Shown here: positions 60,018 to 64,000 of the stretch, piece by piece
Numbering within the stretch: position 1 is the stretch's first letter
How the letters are laid out: the number at the start of each line of letters is the position of its first letter
NCBI RefSeq assembly: GCF_009914755.1
Contig: NC_060942.1
DNA length: 64,000 nt
From: the human T2T-CHM13v2.0 reference genome, Homo sapiens
Strand: one strand, 5' to 3'
The notes under the pieces: model-generated
The model's input: only the letters and a program-made list of their open reading frames with translations
What the model was told of the DNA's origin: nothing
Database searches by the model: none
Made by a program: the position numbers and the translations under genes

Positions 60018-62740
60018 AGATGAGCATTCTGAATATAGGATGAACACTCTTCCAGATGCCTCTCACACTCCTGTGACCATGAAATCAGCTCTACTTACTG
60101 CTGTGGAACCTCCTTTTTCACTTGACAGTTTCTTTTTATTGTTTGCATAGCATTTTGTTGTATGTGGGTTTCTGTATTTAACTAGTCCCCTATTGATAGA
60201 CATTTCAGTTCTTCCCAACTTTTCACTATTACAACATCATGTAGTCTCCTGCAGATCTTTGCAAAATATCCAATGATCTTATACAGTAGTTTTGATAGTT
60301 GGAAATATCTTTATTTTGCCCTTATTGAAATTATCAAACCACATAAAGCACAGATAAGAGTATGAAGAACCTCTAAGTACCTATCACCCAGATCTACCAG
60401 TTATTAATATTTTGCCACTGTTTCATCTGTTCCTCACAGACATGCTTTTTTTTGCTATAATCTTTTAAAGCAAATTCAAGACATCATATAATTTTACCCA
60501 TAAACACCAAAGTGTATATATTTCTACCATAAGATATAGTATATTTTTTAAGAAAAAAAGAATGTGTATATATATATTACATTTTGGGGATCTCTACTAT
60601 ATCTCTGCAGGCTCACTAAATTTCACTTTTGCTTTTATATGCAAATTAACAGGAAGCCCTGAATAAATGTAAAAGCTATTTCTCAACAAAACTGGAGCCT
60701 TTATTGGGGTGGAGATTTCTGTTTCCACCAGTACTCATTAGCATCTTCTGTGTGCCAGGCAGTGGGGACAACACTGTGTCCATGGCAGAAATGGATGAGA
60801 CAGCCGTGGCCTGAGCCCCTGAGTGCTGGTGGTCTAGTCTCAAGCAAATTCATTCTGGGTTCCTGGCACAGACTTAGGGATATGTATGTATTGAAGCATA
60901 TGTCCAGAATGACCTTCTAGTCCATATTACAAATAAATTATCTAACATTTGAAAAAAAGAGAAACAGAAGTGGAGCTTCTCAGACAATGAATATTATTCT
61001 GGCTTTCAAACATTTTATATGTTTGATATACAAAATATTATATAATTGTTGTAATATATTTAAAAGAAACCAAAATCTTCATTGGCTATTCCACTGAAAC
61101 AATAATTACATAAAAATAGCCACTAGAGATCCAAGTATAAGTTGAACTCTGATTTTGTAAATGTGATTTATTGTCTCCACCACTTTACTAAACCATTGCA
61201 ATTAAAAGCAAAAGTAAACACAAACTCTCCTTCAAACGTTAAATGTTAACTCCTGCTCCTGAAATTGTGTTTAGTTAATTAATTTGCTATATACCTTTAT
61301 TGTAAGCATTTCTGTTTTCCAGAATTATCTCTATTTCCCAATTATTTTACCATTTTCATAAGGATAAGCATTTTGTCTGAAGCCCATTTTGAGTGTGCTT
61401 TTCTCATTCCAAAGTTTGTATTATAGATATCTAGTAGACTGTTATAAAGAGTGGTATGTCATTTTGTTTATGAGGCTATGGTGAAAATAACGTTAGTAAA
61501 TATGCATTTTTGATGAGCACAGTCATCCACAGCATGTAATCATTCCTAAAACCAGCCTTCCCCACTGTTCCATATATTCCCAGGCCACCTTCCTGCTACT
61601 GCCCAGTCACTATGCCTCAGGTAATGGACACTTACTTTATTATTACACTGAGCAAAATAATGAAAACCGTACATCCACTGCTGAAGTGGTATTAACATCT
61701 TCCAGTTCTTTATATAAATAATCTTGATAGCCCCTCCTATATTCCATTAGTGTCTAAAATTTAGAATATATAGTATAGTACTTGAGTTTAGATCAATGTT
61801 AACCTACATGGCAAAACCTGCCATGTTAATATTAGTGTATTTTTTTGTATAAAGTAGGTTTGATTTTTATCTTACAATATTTATCCTAATGAAAGTTATA
61901 AAAATATATGCATATATTTATATGTGAGATTTAATATAGATAGGTATATAGATTGTTGATTTCATATTTCATGTTCCAAGAAGAGGTTCTAGATCAAATT
62001 TCTGTGTTCAGAATCACCAGAGAAATCAATTAAGATTTTGGTTCATTTTAAACATTGCAATTTTTGAAAGCCAAGATAATTCCAAATCTAATTAGGGAAA
62101 GCTACATTTTACTTATTTGTGTAAGTTATTGGTGATTTATATGCAGTATGGACCATCCTCCCCCCAGAAATTATTCTTATATTCCAATTGTGCATTAGTT
62201 TTAGAACCATTTTAATTTTAAAACCGTAAGCAAATAATTTTATGTTTGCCTATGTCCAGGAGCTGAAGAAATCAGCGATTACTTTAAAAAATATATGGCA
62301 ATGTCAAAATAAATGCCAAGAATCATATTTCTAGGAATGCAAAAGTGCTTCTCATATACTCATATATTAGGTTTCACAGTATTGGTTGCTTACTATATTT
62401 GTTTTTATTTTTATTATATATCATAATTACACATTTTTATTTGCATTTGTTGCTTATTGTAGTAAAAAGGTAAAAAAAAATGAACTTGTTAATGATTAGC
62501 TTTTATTTGACTAACCAGTTGACCAATTTTGCTCTGTTTTCAAATTGCATATGATGGGGTATTATGCTGAAACTGCTAATATATTGGGTATTTATTGATA
62601 CTTAGGAATAGTCAGTATTTATAAATATTTAAGAATGTCATGGTCCTTATGTTTTGATGTTTAAAATGTTCACTTTGTTGTACGCTACATAGTGTCTTAT
62701 TCAAAATTGAAAATAATAAAGGTATTTCTAATAGATGTAG
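60018..62740 (+). other. C18orf63: C18orf63 terminal exon 14 (3'UTR only; end approximate)
   Basis: Acceptor TTTCTCTTTGCAG| at 60017; AT-rich and repeat-poor distal part; AATAAA at 62715-62720. Confidence 0.6.
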
Positions 62741-62904
62741 TTTTCATATGTCAGAGTGACTGTATAGGAATGGAAAGGCTTAGATAAATTACAAATTTCT
62801 TTCCCTCTGTGGTTCCATTTCTTCACATACATTTGCTGCTGGACCCATGTAAACTACCTTAGGTCCTTAGTGCTTCACAGAACTTTTATTCTCAAAAGTC
62901 CTTC

Positions 62905-64000
62905 ATTCTTTCATTTGACACATATTTTAGTATTTGCTATGTGCAACCATTATTGTAGATACTTGAAATATATCTGTGAACACTGAAATTACATTCTAGC
63001 AGGCAGACACAGATGATAAGCATACGTAATTAAATTATATAATGCATTAGAAAATGGCAAGTACAGTGGAAAAATAAACAGAGTAAGGTAAGATAAATAG
63101 TAAGGGTAGGCTTCCTTGAGCAGAGACTTGAACGAAGAGAGGACATGGAGTTGTCATCTGAAGGATATGCTTCCCAGGCATAAGGAACAACCTGTGTGTT
63201 TGCAAAATGTTTCAGGGGGAGCCCAGGCCAGAGTAAAAGCAGCAGAGAGGAGGATTCGCTTTACCCTGACTGAAATGGGGTTGAGGCCAAAGAAGTGAAG
63301 TGATCTGACTTAGGTTTCAACAGGACCTTTCTGGCTGCTGTGTTATGAATAGACTTGGGGTGGGGGTGGGGGTGAGAAGAAACAGGGACACCAGTTAAGA
63401 ATGCAAGAAGTGGCCGGGCGCGGTGGCTCACGCCTGTAATCCCAGCACTTTGGGAGGCCGAGGTGGGCGGATCACAAGGTCAGGAGATCGAGACCATCCT
63501 GGCCAACACGGTGAAACCCCGTCTCTACTAAAAATACAAAAATTATCTGGGTGTGGTGGCACATGCCTGTAATCTCAGCTACTCAAGAGGCTGAGGCAGG
63601 AGAATCACTTGAACCTGGGAATCGGAGGTTGCAGTGAGCCAAGATCACCACTGCACTCCAGCCTGGTGACAGAGCAAGACTCCGTCTCAAAAAAAAAAAA
63701 AAAAAAAAAAAGAATCCAAGAATCAGATGGCAATGATGGCTTGCAGCACTGTGGTGGAAGCAGAGAGTATGAGAAGTGGGGATTCTGAAGGGTAGAGCCC
63801 ACTGGCTTGGGGATTTGAGAGAAAGGTGTCTAAGATGGCACCAAAATTATTGGCTCACTTGGAAGCATGGGGTTACCATCAACTGGGATGAGGAGTGGGT
63901 TTTGGAGTAGGAAGAGGTCTGGGAATTGACCATGGGGTTTCACACATGGGGACCACTGTTACCCTGAGGAGCAGTTTCCGTGGAGTGATGTAGAAGCCCG
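62905..64000 (-). mobile_element. L2 element interrupted by an AluSc-like (63412-63711, + strand)
   Basis: L2 motifs (GTGATCTGACTTAGGTTT...CTGGCTGCTGTG); Alu with CCTGG-TGAC deletion and near-TSD AAGAATGCAAGAA / AAGAATCCAAGAA. Confidence 0.8.

Overview
Human genomic DNA (it carries an AluYa5 with all five diagnostic bases), apparently chr18q22.3. It contains the complete 14-exon + strand gene C18orf63. I rebuilt the gene from splice sites: CpG-island exon 1 ends at 19660, ATG is at 21417, and 12 coding exons in consistent phase give 685 aa, with the stop at 58049-58051 and a 3'UTR-only last exon at ~60018-62740. The upstream ~19 kb is nested repeats: the 3' half of a HERV-H provirus, a two-LTR non-coding ERV inside a MER44 inside an L1, a doubly truncated HERV-K(HML-8)/MER11 fragment, a MER52-like LTR, MaLRs, L2 and Alu. 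Three observations stand out. (1) By eye, the N-terminal ~300 aa (the DUF4708 region) align colinearly with the Argonaute/PIWI N-L1-PAZ lobe, with MID-PIWI replaced by a long disordered basic tail. (2) Intron 10 is a U12-type intron with rare AT-AG termini and a 7-nt ATATCCT direct repeat at both junctions. (3) The promoter has E2F and MYB-like motifs and three 20-bp-phased ZNF143/Staf sites, resembling a germline gene promoter. Repeat subfamily names and the gene identity come from recalled sequences, not database searches.
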